In this document: one piece after another, positions 37,872 to 46,966 of the stretch | How the letters are laid out: each line of letters starts with the position of its first letter | How positions within the stretch are numbered: position 1 is the first letter of the stretch | Virus record (IMG/VR): IMGVR_UViG_3300026484_000105 | Span: 45,993-109,992 of that record | Length of the DNA: 64,000 nt | Reading direction: 5' to 3' (one strand) | DNA from: a virus | Translations under genes and position numbers: made by a program | The notes under the pieces: model-generated | What the model saw: the letters and a program-made list of their open reading frames with translations, nothing else | Database searches by the model: none | What the model was told of the DNA's origin: nothing

Positions 37872-38520
37872 TTTTCTTTCCTATTATACTTGATATTACC
37901 TCATGTAATAATTTTGTATCATCTACACAATATTTCATTAATTTATCACCAGACATATTAAAACAGTCATTAGCCTCACCAACATGTTTTATTCCTCTAC
38001 CGAGTTCAGCTTTAGCCATATCATTCAGACCAAATGCTAATTCATGTTCTTCAAGATTGTTATAAAATGTGTTCATATCCATAAACTTAAAATTAGTAGG
38101 CAATTCAACCGTATATGTATAATTCCATATTTCTAATGGAGATGCCTTTTTATCATTCATGCCTGTTCTGTCTATAACGATACTTACGTCCTTGTCAGGG
38201 TATTTACTATCTGGATCTACCAAATGTCTAAGCGATACACCTAATGTCTCAGCACGTCTACTTATAGTATTTAAGAACGCATCTAAAAAGCTAACTAAAA
38301 CATAATCATAATCTAAACTATCTAATGTTCTAAAGAAACTTTGTATCATAGATTCCTCATCAGGGAAATCTTTGATATTAAATATGAAAGTACTATCGCA
38401 TGGGCTGTTATCTTTTACGATAACAAACCCATATAATGGACCGACACCTAAATTTTCTCTTATAACAGAATACTCGAAATCAATTGCTGCTATCTTACTA
38501 TGTTTATTTACATCATACAT
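37837..38520 (-). CDS. Stand-alone, degenerate DnaQ/PolB-type 3'-5' exonuclease domain
   Basis: IAAIDFE (ExoI), FPDEESMIQSFF, FMDM, FGLNDMAKAELG, KYCVDD (ExoIII); ExoII region degenerate (SFLDAFL). Confidence 0.65.
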   Translation of the reverse strand: MYDVNKHSKIAAIDFEYSVIRENLGVGPLYGFVIVKDNSPCDSTFIFNIKDFPDEESMIQSFFRTLDSLDYDYVLVSFLDAFLNTISRRAETLGVSLRHLVDPDSKYPDKDVSIVIDRTGMNDKKASPLEIWNYTYTVELPTNFKFMDMNTFYNNLEEHELAFGLNDMAKAELGRGIKHVGEANDCFNMSGDKLMKYCVDDTKLLHEVISSIIGKKNEKVKYKNDGN

Positions 38521-38531
38521 TTAAACCTCTC

Positions 38532-39143
38532 TTAATTTATTTTAGAATCAGACATAAAACCTACCATTAAGGCCTTGAATGATCTGAATTCTGAAAGTTC
38601 TTCTTCTAATCTTTTACTGGTTATAAACAGTCCAATTGCGGCGATCACCTGGTTGCTAACTTTACCACTATAAATAGATGACCTAATGCTACTTTCGCTA
38701 ACGCCTACTATCTTACCTAAATCAGCATATGTTAGGAGATAATCCTTGCACACCTGTTTTATTAAAGCTTTACCCTCATTGTTAATTCTAGGCTCCGTTT
38801 GTTCTGCAGTATCACTGTCATAGACATTATCTAGAAGTAGGGCCAATTTCATATTTCTACAATGCTTTACGCCAATACCATAATTTATATTAGAATAATC
38901 AAATTCATATTCTAGAATTTCATTACGCATAGTTAATAAGGTTAATAAGGCCTTTTCGTATGTCATTATTTGATGATTACCTTCATAATCGGATATTCCT
39001 ACCATAATTGTTTTACGTAGTTTACTTCTTATCTTAAGTTTCAAGCAAACATTCTTACAATTTATGGATGATGTATATCTATTTATAGTAATGTATGTAT
39101 ATCCTGTGTTCGTTCGTTTCATACTTCGTCCATCTATTCGCAT
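38532..39143 (-). CDS. Protein with a C-terminal XRE-type helix-turn-helix
   Basis: LIKQVCKDYLLTYADLGKIVGVSESSIRS followed by a short coiled coil. Confidence 0.7.
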   Translation of the reverse strand: MRIDGRSMKRTNTGYTYITINRYTSSINCKNVCLKLKIRSKLRKTIMVGISDYEGNHQIMTYEKALLTLLTMRNEILEYEFDYSNINYGIGVKHCRNMKLALLLDNVYDSDTAEQTEPRINNEGKALIKQVCKDYLLTYADLGKIVGVSESSIRSSIYSGKVSNQVIAAIGLFITSKRLEEELSEFRSFKALMVGFMSDSKIN

Positions 39144-39188
39144 CTTATTTCTCCTATTTATTTACTTATCCCACTCATTTGAGTTTTC

Positions 39189-40250
39189 TTAGATTTCCTT
39201 ATTTAAAATCTTAGTTACAATATTAGAACCAACTTCACCTTTTTTGTCATATACTAATCTAGTAAATACATCACCAACTGTTCCAGCTTGTAAGTAATCA
39301 CTAGTTGAAATAAGACTACCTGCATATCTAATCTTTTCTATATTACCAGTAAAGTAAACCGTCTTCTTATCCTTATGAAACAAAGCATACGTTGCAACAG
39401 ATGCCCACGCATGTGATTTATAACCAGGTATATGTATGATTATTACTTTAGCATTGTCTACTTTAGTAAGTATGTCATTCTTAGCCTCTTCGAGGCCGTC
39501 AAGATTATATGCTACTGATCTACGTTCTGTTTGAAGTTTACAATCATATGCATATTTAGCAGTGGGATCACGCTTATCATCAAGGCGTTCTTGCATCTCC
39601 TTTTTAATAGCTGAGACTTTACCAGATACTTTCGTAAAGAACTTATTAACAGATACTTTACCCTCTAGATTAGCTCTCTTAATCTCAGCTTCAAGTTCTT
39701 CCATTCTGGAAGCAGTACTATTTCTAATTGACGTTTGACCATAGTAGAATATGATGGCATCTTTAGGTTCTTTCTTACTAAGAGCCTCCTCACGCTGTTG
39801 ATTTAGTTTAATAGCCAAATTATCTACACCAATATTATTGGCAATACTATGCGCTCTGAAGGTTAATGCTGCACCTTGTCCATCGTTTAAACCAGTTGGC
39901 AACATACCAGTTACTAAATAATTTATCCCGTAATACCCTTCAATAAGTAGAACTATTTCAAAGTCTGATGATTTAGTTTCTGGCTTAATTGGCATACTGA
40001 AAATTTCATGTAACTTAGTATAGATATTTATGAAATTATCATTACCAGGTAACGTCATTAGATCATTATGGTACACATCTAAATGTACCGACCCAATCAT
40101 ATTCTTGATGTCTTCAAACTTAATACCGTTATCAAATATTGAATCACCAATCTTAATAACGTTAACAACACATGTACCAGTTGTTTCATCCATACGTCTA
40201 TTGTCATGCGTAGGTACTCTAAAGTAATTTTCTATTAGATCCAGTTCCAT
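39189..40250 (-). CDS. Hypothetical early protein
   Basis: Start reassigned to ATG 40250 after AAGGAG; first gene of the 40.3-32.5 kb cassette. Confidence 0.65.
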   Translation of the reverse strand: MELDLIENYFRVPTHDNRRMDETTGTCVVNVIKIGDSIFDNGIKFEDIKNMIGSVHLDVYHNDLMTLPGNDNFINIYTKLHEIFSMPIKPETKSSDFEIVLLIEGYYGINYLVTGMLPTGLNDGQGAALTFRAHSIANNIGVDNLAIKLNQQREEALSKKEPKDAIIFYYGQTSIRNSTASRMEELEAEIKRANLEGKVSVNKFFTKVSGKVSAIKKEMQERLDDKRDPTAKYAYDCKLQTERRSVAYNLDGLEEAKNDILTKVDNAKVIIIHIPGYKSHAWASVATYALFHKDKKTVYFTGNIEKIRYAGSLISTSDYLQAGTVGDVFTRLVYDKKGEVGSNIVTKILNKEI

Positions 40251-40279
40251 ATTAAACTCCTTGTTTATCATTGTATTTA

Positions 40280-40322
40280 TTGATACTACCATGTATCTAC
40301 TATAATAATATACGATTGAAAA
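40280..40322 (-). promoter_or_regulatory. Early promoter plus conserved leader hairpin, copy 3
   Basis: TTTTCAATCGTATATTATT then TAGATACATGGTAGTATCAA. Confidence 0.8.
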
Positions 40323-40396
40323 TATTTTGAAAATAAAACTTTAATGGCAAACATATGCTTGATGAATAATAAGATAAGTAAATAAAAGGATAAAAT

Positions 40397-41833
40397 ATGG
40401 CTATTAAATTTAATGTACCAAAACCAAGACAGGCCAGGGTACTAATTAATATTGGTGCATCTTTTGACATCCCTACTGGATTTCCAGTTACTGGTGCTAA
40501 AGGAGAAACAATTTGGAATGGTGGAATCGGTTTAACTACTGGAGTTATTGGTAGAAGTAATAACTTTAAATCATCAATCATGCACTATATGATGTTATCT
40601 GCGGCTGATAAAATAGCCTATACAAATGAAACTTCAATGCACCTTTATGATACTGAGGTTACTGCTATACCTGAAAGGCTTGATGAATTAGGTCATAAGT
40701 TTGAGAACCTTGGTTCAGATATTGCTACAAGAGAAGACCCACCTTTGGTTATAACAGATAAATCACAATATGCTGCTGATGAGTGGTCTGCATTACTTAA
40801 GGACTTTTTAGCTGAAAAAGAAAAGAGTAAGGATTCTATTATAGACTATACTCCATTTAAAGATCCAAATACTAAGGGGATGCTTAGAACACAGGTTCCT
40901 ACATTTGTTGAGATTGATTCACTATCTGAATTTGAAGCTGGTACTACTATAGAGATGCTTAATAAAAATAGAACAGATGATTCATCTACAAATACGTTGT
41001 TCATGAGGCAAGCTCTATTTAAAACCAAGTTCTTAGCAGAGTTACCAAGACTTACTACAAATAGCAATACATTCTTTTTCATGACTGCACACCTTGGTGA
41101 AGAGATAGCAATGGGTGGTGGTCCTTATTCTCCTGGTCCAACTAAGAAACTACAGTTCTTAAAAATGGGTGATAAGATTAAAGGTGTATCTGATAAGTTT
41201 CTATTCCTTATGTCCAATGCATGGTACGCGTCAGGCGTTACGGTATTAAAAAATCAAACAACTAAGTTACCAGAATACCCAGCTGATAATAAAGCGGAGT
41301 CTACTGAAACAGAGTTGCAGATAGTTAGACTCACGCAACTTAGAAGTAAATCTGGTATATCTGGCTATACATTAGATATAGTAGTTTCACAAAATGAGGG
41401 AGTTCTTCCTACACTTACAGAGTTTCACCAAATTAAAACGAATGGTAGATTTGGTATAAGTGGTAGTAATATCAGCTATAATTTAGATCTTCTTCCAGAA
41501 GTTAAACTTGGTAGAACCACAGTTAGAAGTAAGATAGATAATAATCCTTTATTAAGAAGAGCTATAAATATAACTAGTGAACTTGCTCAGTTACATAAAT
41601 TTCATCCTAAGTTAGCTGAAGAAGAGTTATTATGTACTCCTATGGAGTTATATGAAGATATAAAGAAACTAGGTTATGATTGGGAGATATTGCTAAATAG
41701 TAGAGGTTGGTGGACTCCTAATAACTATAAAACAGAAATACCTTTCTTAAGTACTATGGACCTTCTTAAGATGAGAAAGGAAAGATATGTGCCTTATTGG
41801 TATCCAAAAGATAAATTAAAAGGAGACAAGTAA
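40397..41833 (+). CDS. uvsX: UvsX/RecA-like recombinase (phiKZ gp152-like)
   Basis: NIGASFDIPTG, Walker A GRSNNFKS, YDTE, Walker B FVEIDS, MTAH, RSKSG. Confidence 0.8.
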   Translation: MAIKFNVPKPRQARVLINIGASFDIPTGFPVTGAKGETIWNGGIGLTTGVIGRSNNFKSSIMHYMMLSAADKIAYTNETSMHLYDTEVTAIPERLDELGHKFENLGSDIATREDPPLVITDKSQYAADEWSALLKDFLAEKEKSKDSIIDYTPFKDPNTKGMLRTQVPTFVEIDSLSEFEAGTTIEMLNKNRTDDSSTNTLFMRQALFKTKFLAELPRLTTNSNTFFFMTAHLGEEIAMGGGPYSPGPTKKLQFLKMGDKIKGVSDKFLFLMSNAWYASGVTVLKNQTTKLPEYPADNKAESTETELQIVRLTQLRSKSGISGYTLDIVVSQNEGVLPTLTEFHQIKTNGRFGISGSNISYNLDLLPEVKLGRTTVRSKIDNNPLLRRAINITSELAQLHKFHPKLAEEELLCTPMELYEDIKKLGYDWEILLNSRGWWTPNNYKTEIPFLSTMDLLKMRKERYVPYWYPKDKLKGDK

Positions 41834-42058
41834 TGTGGTTTATATCTAAAGAGATTATATTCTATATTAAATATAAAACCATGAAATTCATTACTAATTT
41901 AAATAATTATTTAACACCTAGATAATGTTAGTGGTACAGGAGGGTATCCTGGGTGTAGTTTGGACATAGTGCCCCATAAAGGGGTTAAAAGTAAAGTTAA
42001 TAGATATCCTATAATGGAAACTAAATTAAACATTAATGAAATATAAAAGGAAGTTTAA

Positions 42059-42487
42059 ATGGCTGTAAGTGAGAATTTTGGTACAGTAGATATGTCTACT
42101 CCTAAGAATATGGAGGTTAATAAACCAAAGGTTAATGCATTAAGCATTTTCAATACCCCAAGAGTTGAGGGTGAACCAGACCTAGTTGCAATTATAAATA
42201 AAGAACTATGTACAATTTATGGGGATGTTGCAGGCGCTATGTTTGTTAATAGTGCAGATATAGTAAATATAAAAGATCTCAATCCTATATCGCAACGCAT
42301 TATTATAAATAGATGGTTTACTACAGCTCTATTTATTTATCGTTCTATAAATAATGATAAAGATGTTAATGAGATTTTGTTACATATCATTAATGACGGC
42401 ACGGTTAACGAGTGGAAAGATCAACTAACCCTAGTTGTGATAGAATTCTTTAAAATAAGAAATGTTCTTGGTATAGCTAAAAGCTAG
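42059..42487 (+). CDS. Hypothetical phage protein
   Basis: 142 aa, AAGGA RBS. Confidence 0.6.
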   Translation: MAVSENFGTVDMSTPKNMEVNKPKVNALSIFNTPRVEGEPDLVAIINKELCTIYGDVAGAMFVNSADIVNIKDLNPISQRIIINRWFTTALFIYRSINNDKDVNEILLHIINDGTVNEWKDQLTLVVIEFFKIRNVLGIAKS

Positions 42488-42517
42488 TTAATTTGATAAT
42501 ATAAAAAGGATTGAAGA

Positions 42518-43330
42518 ATGAATGAATCTAATCATAATTTAAGATACGCTAAAGTATTAAACAATGAAGATGATAAAGTAGACAATAATAGAACAGTAGC
42601 AATTAAGGTTTTAGGTACAAGTCCCATTGTAGCAGGTGTTTATGTAGATAGAATAACTGGTAAAAATGGTTCAGATTATGGTACGTTAAGTACAATCAGT
42701 ACAAATACACCACGATTGGATAAAGATCATAAGAACTTCTTATTTGACGACACCAAAGATGAAGAGGGTAATTTAAAATACCCAGATAGATTTAAATATC
42801 TTGGTGTAGCTCAGAGTATCATTAGTAAATTATATGTTACGATTTATTATGATAATCTATTTAAAGATATTCTTATTATTCCAGATATGGAAACACTTGG
42901 TACTGATGATGTAGGTATAGATTTTTATGAAAACAATACTATTACGTTAGTAGCATATAGTGTCGGTAGAGGTGATTTTAAAGAACGCCCAGAAAAGTCA
43001 ATAATGCAACCTTTATATGTAGATAATACTGATGGTATACCTGAACCAGATAAGTTTGATAAAACAACTACATTGCTGGTATCTACATTTGGTTTAAGTA
43101 TTAATTCTACATTAAGTAGTAGATTTATAACTTTGGATGATAATAATACCGTTAGTAGTGAAAAAGGTGTGCCTTTACAATATATTCAATTACCAAACAA
43201 TGATGACATATTTGAAGATGGTACTCTAGTTGCTACTAATAATATGATACAACAATTTCATGATGGGCTATGTATAGATTATGTTGGTATGAAAAAAATA
43301 GAAAAAATAGTTATACCTATAGTGTTCTAG
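42518..43330 (+). CDS. Hypothetical phage protein
   Basis: 270 aa, AAGGA RBS. Confidence 0.6.
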   Translation: MNESNHNLRYAKVLNNEDDKVDNNRTVAIKVLGTSPIVAGVYVDRITGKNGSDYGTLSTISTNTPRLDKDHKNFLFDDTKDEEGNLKYPDRFKYLGVAQSIISKLYVTIYYDNLFKDILIIPDMETLGTDDVGIDFYENNTITLVAYSVGRGDFKERPEKSIMQPLYVDNTDGIPEPDKFDKTTTLLVSTFGLSINSTLSSRFITLDDNNTVSSEKGVPLQYIQLPNNDDIFEDGTLVATNNMIQQFHDGLCIDYVGMKKIEKIVIPIVF

Positions 43331-43339
43331 GAGAATGAC

Positions 43340-44032
43340 ATGGATAAAAAAAGAAAAGACGTTCAGGATTTTATCCTTAAGTATGTAAATAAGATAGCTC
43401 CTGGTGGTTACAACCAGGAGCTATATGAAGACTTGTTTAATAAGATGTCAGATAAACAATTTAAAGAGTTTATGCTAAAACTAAAAAATAAAGAGCTTAC
43501 GATATCTATCATTGCTCCTGTTAGCGGTAGCGTTAAATTAGATACTAAGAGGAACTTTAAAATAGGCAGAGAGCTTGGTCATGAGTTCTTCCAACCGTTA
43601 GTTATAGGACCCAAAGGGAATAAAGCAGATGGGACTTATATACCTAAGTTTAAAACTCCTTTAAAATATCTAGTATTTGATCTACCTATAAGAAGAACAG
43701 CACAACTTCTAATGAAAGGTATATCTGTTGGTACAGATAATAACGTTATTGACTTAACTACTGGTCAAGTTACAGGTGATTCTAAATCATCCAAATTAAC
43801 TAAACCCGAATTAGAACTTCTTGTTGGTATGGGTCTAAATAAAAGTATACTAGAGCTTATGAAGATAAGAGGTGGTGATTTAGGTTCAGCTAGAGCAGCC
43901 GATGCCTCTATAGCTAGAACAGGTATGGTTAGTCAAGATGCGATTGAACCATATGCCACAGGAGTTGTTTCTACAAAAACTCTTAACACTATGTTCAATG
44001 CTGCACATTTAACAACAACATTAAATAAATAA
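43340..44032 (+). CDS. Virion RNA polymerase beta C-terminal subunit (phiKZ gp149-like)
   Basis: DLTTGQVTGDSKSSKLTKPELELLVGMGLNKSILELMKIRGGD parallels beta C-terminal TQQPLGG...GEMEVWALEAYG...EMLTVKSDD. Confidence 0.8.
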   Translation: MDKKRKDVQDFILKYVNKIAPGGYNQELYEDLFNKMSDKQFKEFMLKLKNKELTISIIAPVSGSVKLDTKRNFKIGRELGHEFFQPLVIGPKGNKADGTYIPKFKTPLKYLVFDLPIRRTAQLLMKGISVGTDNNVIDLTTGQVTGDSKSSKLTKPELELLVGMGLNKSILELMKIRGGDLGSARAADASIARTGMVSQDAIEPYATGVVSTKTLNTMFNAAHLTTTLNK

Positions 44033-44063
44033 CTATGTATGGGTATAACCCATACATAGTTAT
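44029..44063. terminator. Bidirectional hairpin
   Basis: ATAACTATGTATGGGT-ATA-ACCCATACATAGTTAT. Confidence 0.7.
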
Positions 44064-44074
44064 CTTTACTTCTT

Positions 44075-46915
44075 TTAAATCTTACCAACTAATGCAGGTG
44101 TAGAATCAATATTACCATCATTATTAACGAAGAATATAGTTTCATTATTCGTATTATGTAATGCTGTATCTTTGATATTAGATTCATCCATAGTAGTGAC
44201 ATCTAAATTATCTATCTCTGATGTGTGTTCCATCACAACCTCTGGTGTAAGGCTAGCTATAATCTCTTCTGTAGTCATACCTGACATAACTACATTAGAT
44301 TCAGATTTAGTTCTAGAGCCATTTACTGTAAGCTCGGTTCTAAGTACCTCAACGCTATTATTTATAGCTACATTTCTAGCAAATATAGGAGGCTTGGACA
44401 TATCTATTATATCTTTACCAACATTGAAAATGACATTAGTACTAACAGACTCCAACTGTTTATAATCTACTATATAACCTATGCCAGTATTTACGCTATT
44501 TGTTCTACCAGTTAATGATACATCAGTAAAAGGATTATGTAGTGCCTCATTAACATTAAAACTACCACCAATAGTTCTAGGTTTATACAGGTCAACCCCA
44601 TACTTACCAACCTGACCAATAACGTTAAAATGCATCTCCTGTCTTAAACTAGGATCAACCCATTCCATCATCACTTCCACACTACGCTTGGTTATTAAGG
44701 TAATATATCCATAATCATTCATAGCCATTTTCAGGTTATCTTTCATATCATTTAACTTAGCACCTATATCAGGTTTAAATAAATCTAGATAAGAGTTAAA
44801 CGTACCTATAAGTACCGAGTTAATATTGTCTGCATAGATTTTATCTTTTCTAAACAATGCATTATAATTATACAACATAAGTTTAGGAGGATCCATTCTA
44901 ATATGACCATTTATACTACTTACTTCTGGTTCAGCATCTAAGAAACACCCGTAAGGTATATCCATACCAACAAGATCGCCATAGAAGTCCTCTAATGCCC
45001 TAAATACTGCAGTTTGAATACTTGCCAACCCTGGAGTAGTATTTGACATTAAACTATTGTAACGTAGCGATAGCCTATCATTATTATCATAGGTATTCAT
45101 AAATTGAATAGTGTCAGAAGATAATGTTTTAACTATCTTAATAAACTTATCTAAGTCCTCACCTATAGTACTCTTACTGTAATAGAAACCAGTAAATCCG
45201 TACAATATAACATCTAAGGTTTTAATACAATCATATTTCTCATCAAAGTATAAATCAACGAACTGATTACTTAATAGCTCATCAATAGTAGACATACCAT
45301 CATTGAAAAATATCTTACCAGTTTTATGTAAACGCGTATTCATTACTTTTACAGCACTATTAAGCATCATATCATTTGTATTTGTAGCTAAATTCCATAT
45401 TAAAGAATCATATACATTTATGCTGTTTATATATTTATGCATATCTTCTGTTTCTATAATGGTTTCTAACATAGGTCTAGACTTTATCAATCTTTCAGCA
45501 TAATCTTCATAATAGTCACTATGAATTAAATCATGGTTTAACTCATCTACAGTTATATCATGATTTAATAATGATGTATAAATATATGTTGATACTTTAG
45601 GATTATCTGAACCAGCTATTTTGGCTAATAATTTAATTACAGTAAGTGCAGCTTGTTTACAATCCATATCATACGAATAACCTGTATTAGGATCAACAAA
45701 ATTTAAAGTATTTTTATAAGTATTATCAAAACTTAATTTAAAGAATGTATCTAGTATAAGTTTCAAAGATACTTTTTCAGTAACAACGAAATTTTTATCT
45801 ATCTTTACTTTAAACGTTTTGGTAAGCTGGGTATGTAAAACATTACTTTTTAATTTGGTGTCCAGTGTATTATCATATGCACTAGTATCTTTTATTACCA
45901 TATCATTATCTACGAACTTATCTGTAAACTGTTTCAATAATAAAGATTTACTGCTAAGATCATCAGAATCATCCAATATATAATGTTCATTTACAGGTTC
46001 TGATATAAACCTATTTACTTTTTTATCGTAAGATGGCTTACTCGGATTATGCTGATTGAATAAATCTAATTCGGGTAGAACACTTATCATATTTACTTTA
46101 GCAACACCTATATGATTCTCAGTTAATATCTTTTGTAATATTATATCAAGTAACTTATTGTTACCAATATGTTTACGTATATATTTCATATTCTTATAAA
46201 GCCAAAACTGTGTCTCTTTACTTAAAATCTTTATATCTACATTTATACCATAATTAGATCTAAAGAAACTATCTACATGGAAACTATGTGTTTCAGATGT
46301 AAATAGAAGATCAGCTCTTATATTTATTGCTTTAAGAACAAGTTTAGTATATAAAGTGGCAAGTAGTGTTGGGTTATATAAATTATCTATTAAAGCGTAA
46401 TCGGATATATTCCATCTATAGAAGTATCCTATAGAAAACTCATTTAATTTATGAATAAGTGTCGTTTCTTGCTCTTCAACATATGCTGGACTAAAAGCCA
46501 ATATAACACCATCTTTAGATTCTATGGTTTCCTCTTTATCTATAGCATATATAATACCTTTTATTAATAACTCATCATCTGGATAGGAATCTATTAGATT
46601 ATCATAAAACGTATCGAACTTAAGTAGCTCCCTTAGAGTAACCTGATTTTCTTTTAATAGTTCTATAGTTAACTTTTTAACTGAACCATCTTCAATGAGC
46701 GTAATATTTATTAAGCTATTTAAATCATGATACTCTCCAGATATATTTTTGTAATATTTCCATGTGTTTTTATTTCTTGGATCACCTCCTAAAATAGAAG
46801 TACCGTATTTCATTACTAGTTCATTATTGATCTGCACTGCAGAATCACGACTATGAACAATCATACTCTTTATTAGACGTATGTTATCTGAAATATAATT
46901 TGTAGTTGCAATCAT
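44075..46915 (-). CDS. Large virion structural protein (probable baseplate; phiKZ gp128-like)
   Basis: WKYYKNISGEYH, ETHSFHV, WLYKN..YI..HIG motifs; divergent neighbour of the portal-like gene. Confidence 0.6.
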   Translation of the reverse strand: MIATTNYISDNIRLIKSMIVHSRDSAVQINNELVMKYGTSILGGDPRNKNTWKYYKNISGEYHDLNSLINITLIEDGSVKKLTIELLKENQVTLRELLKFDTFYDNLIDSYPDDELLIKGIIYAIDKEETIESKDGVILAFSPAYVEEQETTLIHKLNEFSIGYFYRWNISDYALIDNLYNPTLLATLYTKLVLKAINIRADLLFTSETHSFHVDSFFRSNYGINVDIKILSKETQFWLYKNMKYIRKHIGNNKLLDIILQKILTENHIGVAKVNMISVLPELDLFNQHNPSKPSYDKKVNRFISEPVNEHYILDDSDDLSSKSLLLKQFTDKFVDNDMVIKDTSAYDNTLDTKLKSNVLHTQLTKTFKVKIDKNFVVTEKVSLKLILDTFFKLSFDNTYKNTLNFVDPNTGYSYDMDCKQAALTVIKLLAKIAGSDNPKVSTYIYTSLLNHDITVDELNHDLIHSDYYEDYAERLIKSRPMLETIIETEDMHKYINSINVYDSLIWNLATNTNDMMLNSAVKVMNTRLHKTGKIFFNDGMSTIDELLSNQFVDLYFDEKYDCIKTLDVILYGFTGFYYSKSTIGEDLDKFIKIVKTLSSDTIQFMNTYDNNDRLSLRYNSLMSNTTPGLASIQTAVFRALEDFYGDLVGMDIPYGCFLDAEPEVSSINGHIRMDPPKLMLYNYNALFRKDKIYADNINSVLIGTFNSYLDLFKPDIGAKLNDMKDNLKMAMNDYGYITLITKRSVEVMMEWVDPSLRQEMHFNVIGQVGKYGVDLYKPRTIGGSFNVNEALHNPFTDVSLTGRTNSVNTGIGYIVDYKQLESVSTNVIFNVGKDIIDMSKPPIFARNVAINNSVEVLRTELTVNGSRTKSESNVVMSGMTTEEIIASLTPEVVMEHTSEIDNLDVTTMDESNIKDTALHNTNNETIFFVNNDGNIDSTPALVGKI

Positions 46916-46966
46916 TTTTTTCTTTCCTTAATATATTTATATAAACCAAAATAAAGGACTTTATAC

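Noticed and set aside
16553-40299. The 20-nt repeats as a CRISPR or mini-array
   Set aside because: Copies are 10-13 kb apart and tied to promoters; no repeat-spacer periodicity and no cas genes.
41833-42046. Possible small gene or pseudogene between uvsX and the next ORF
   Set aside because: Only short interrupted frames with no recognisable homology.
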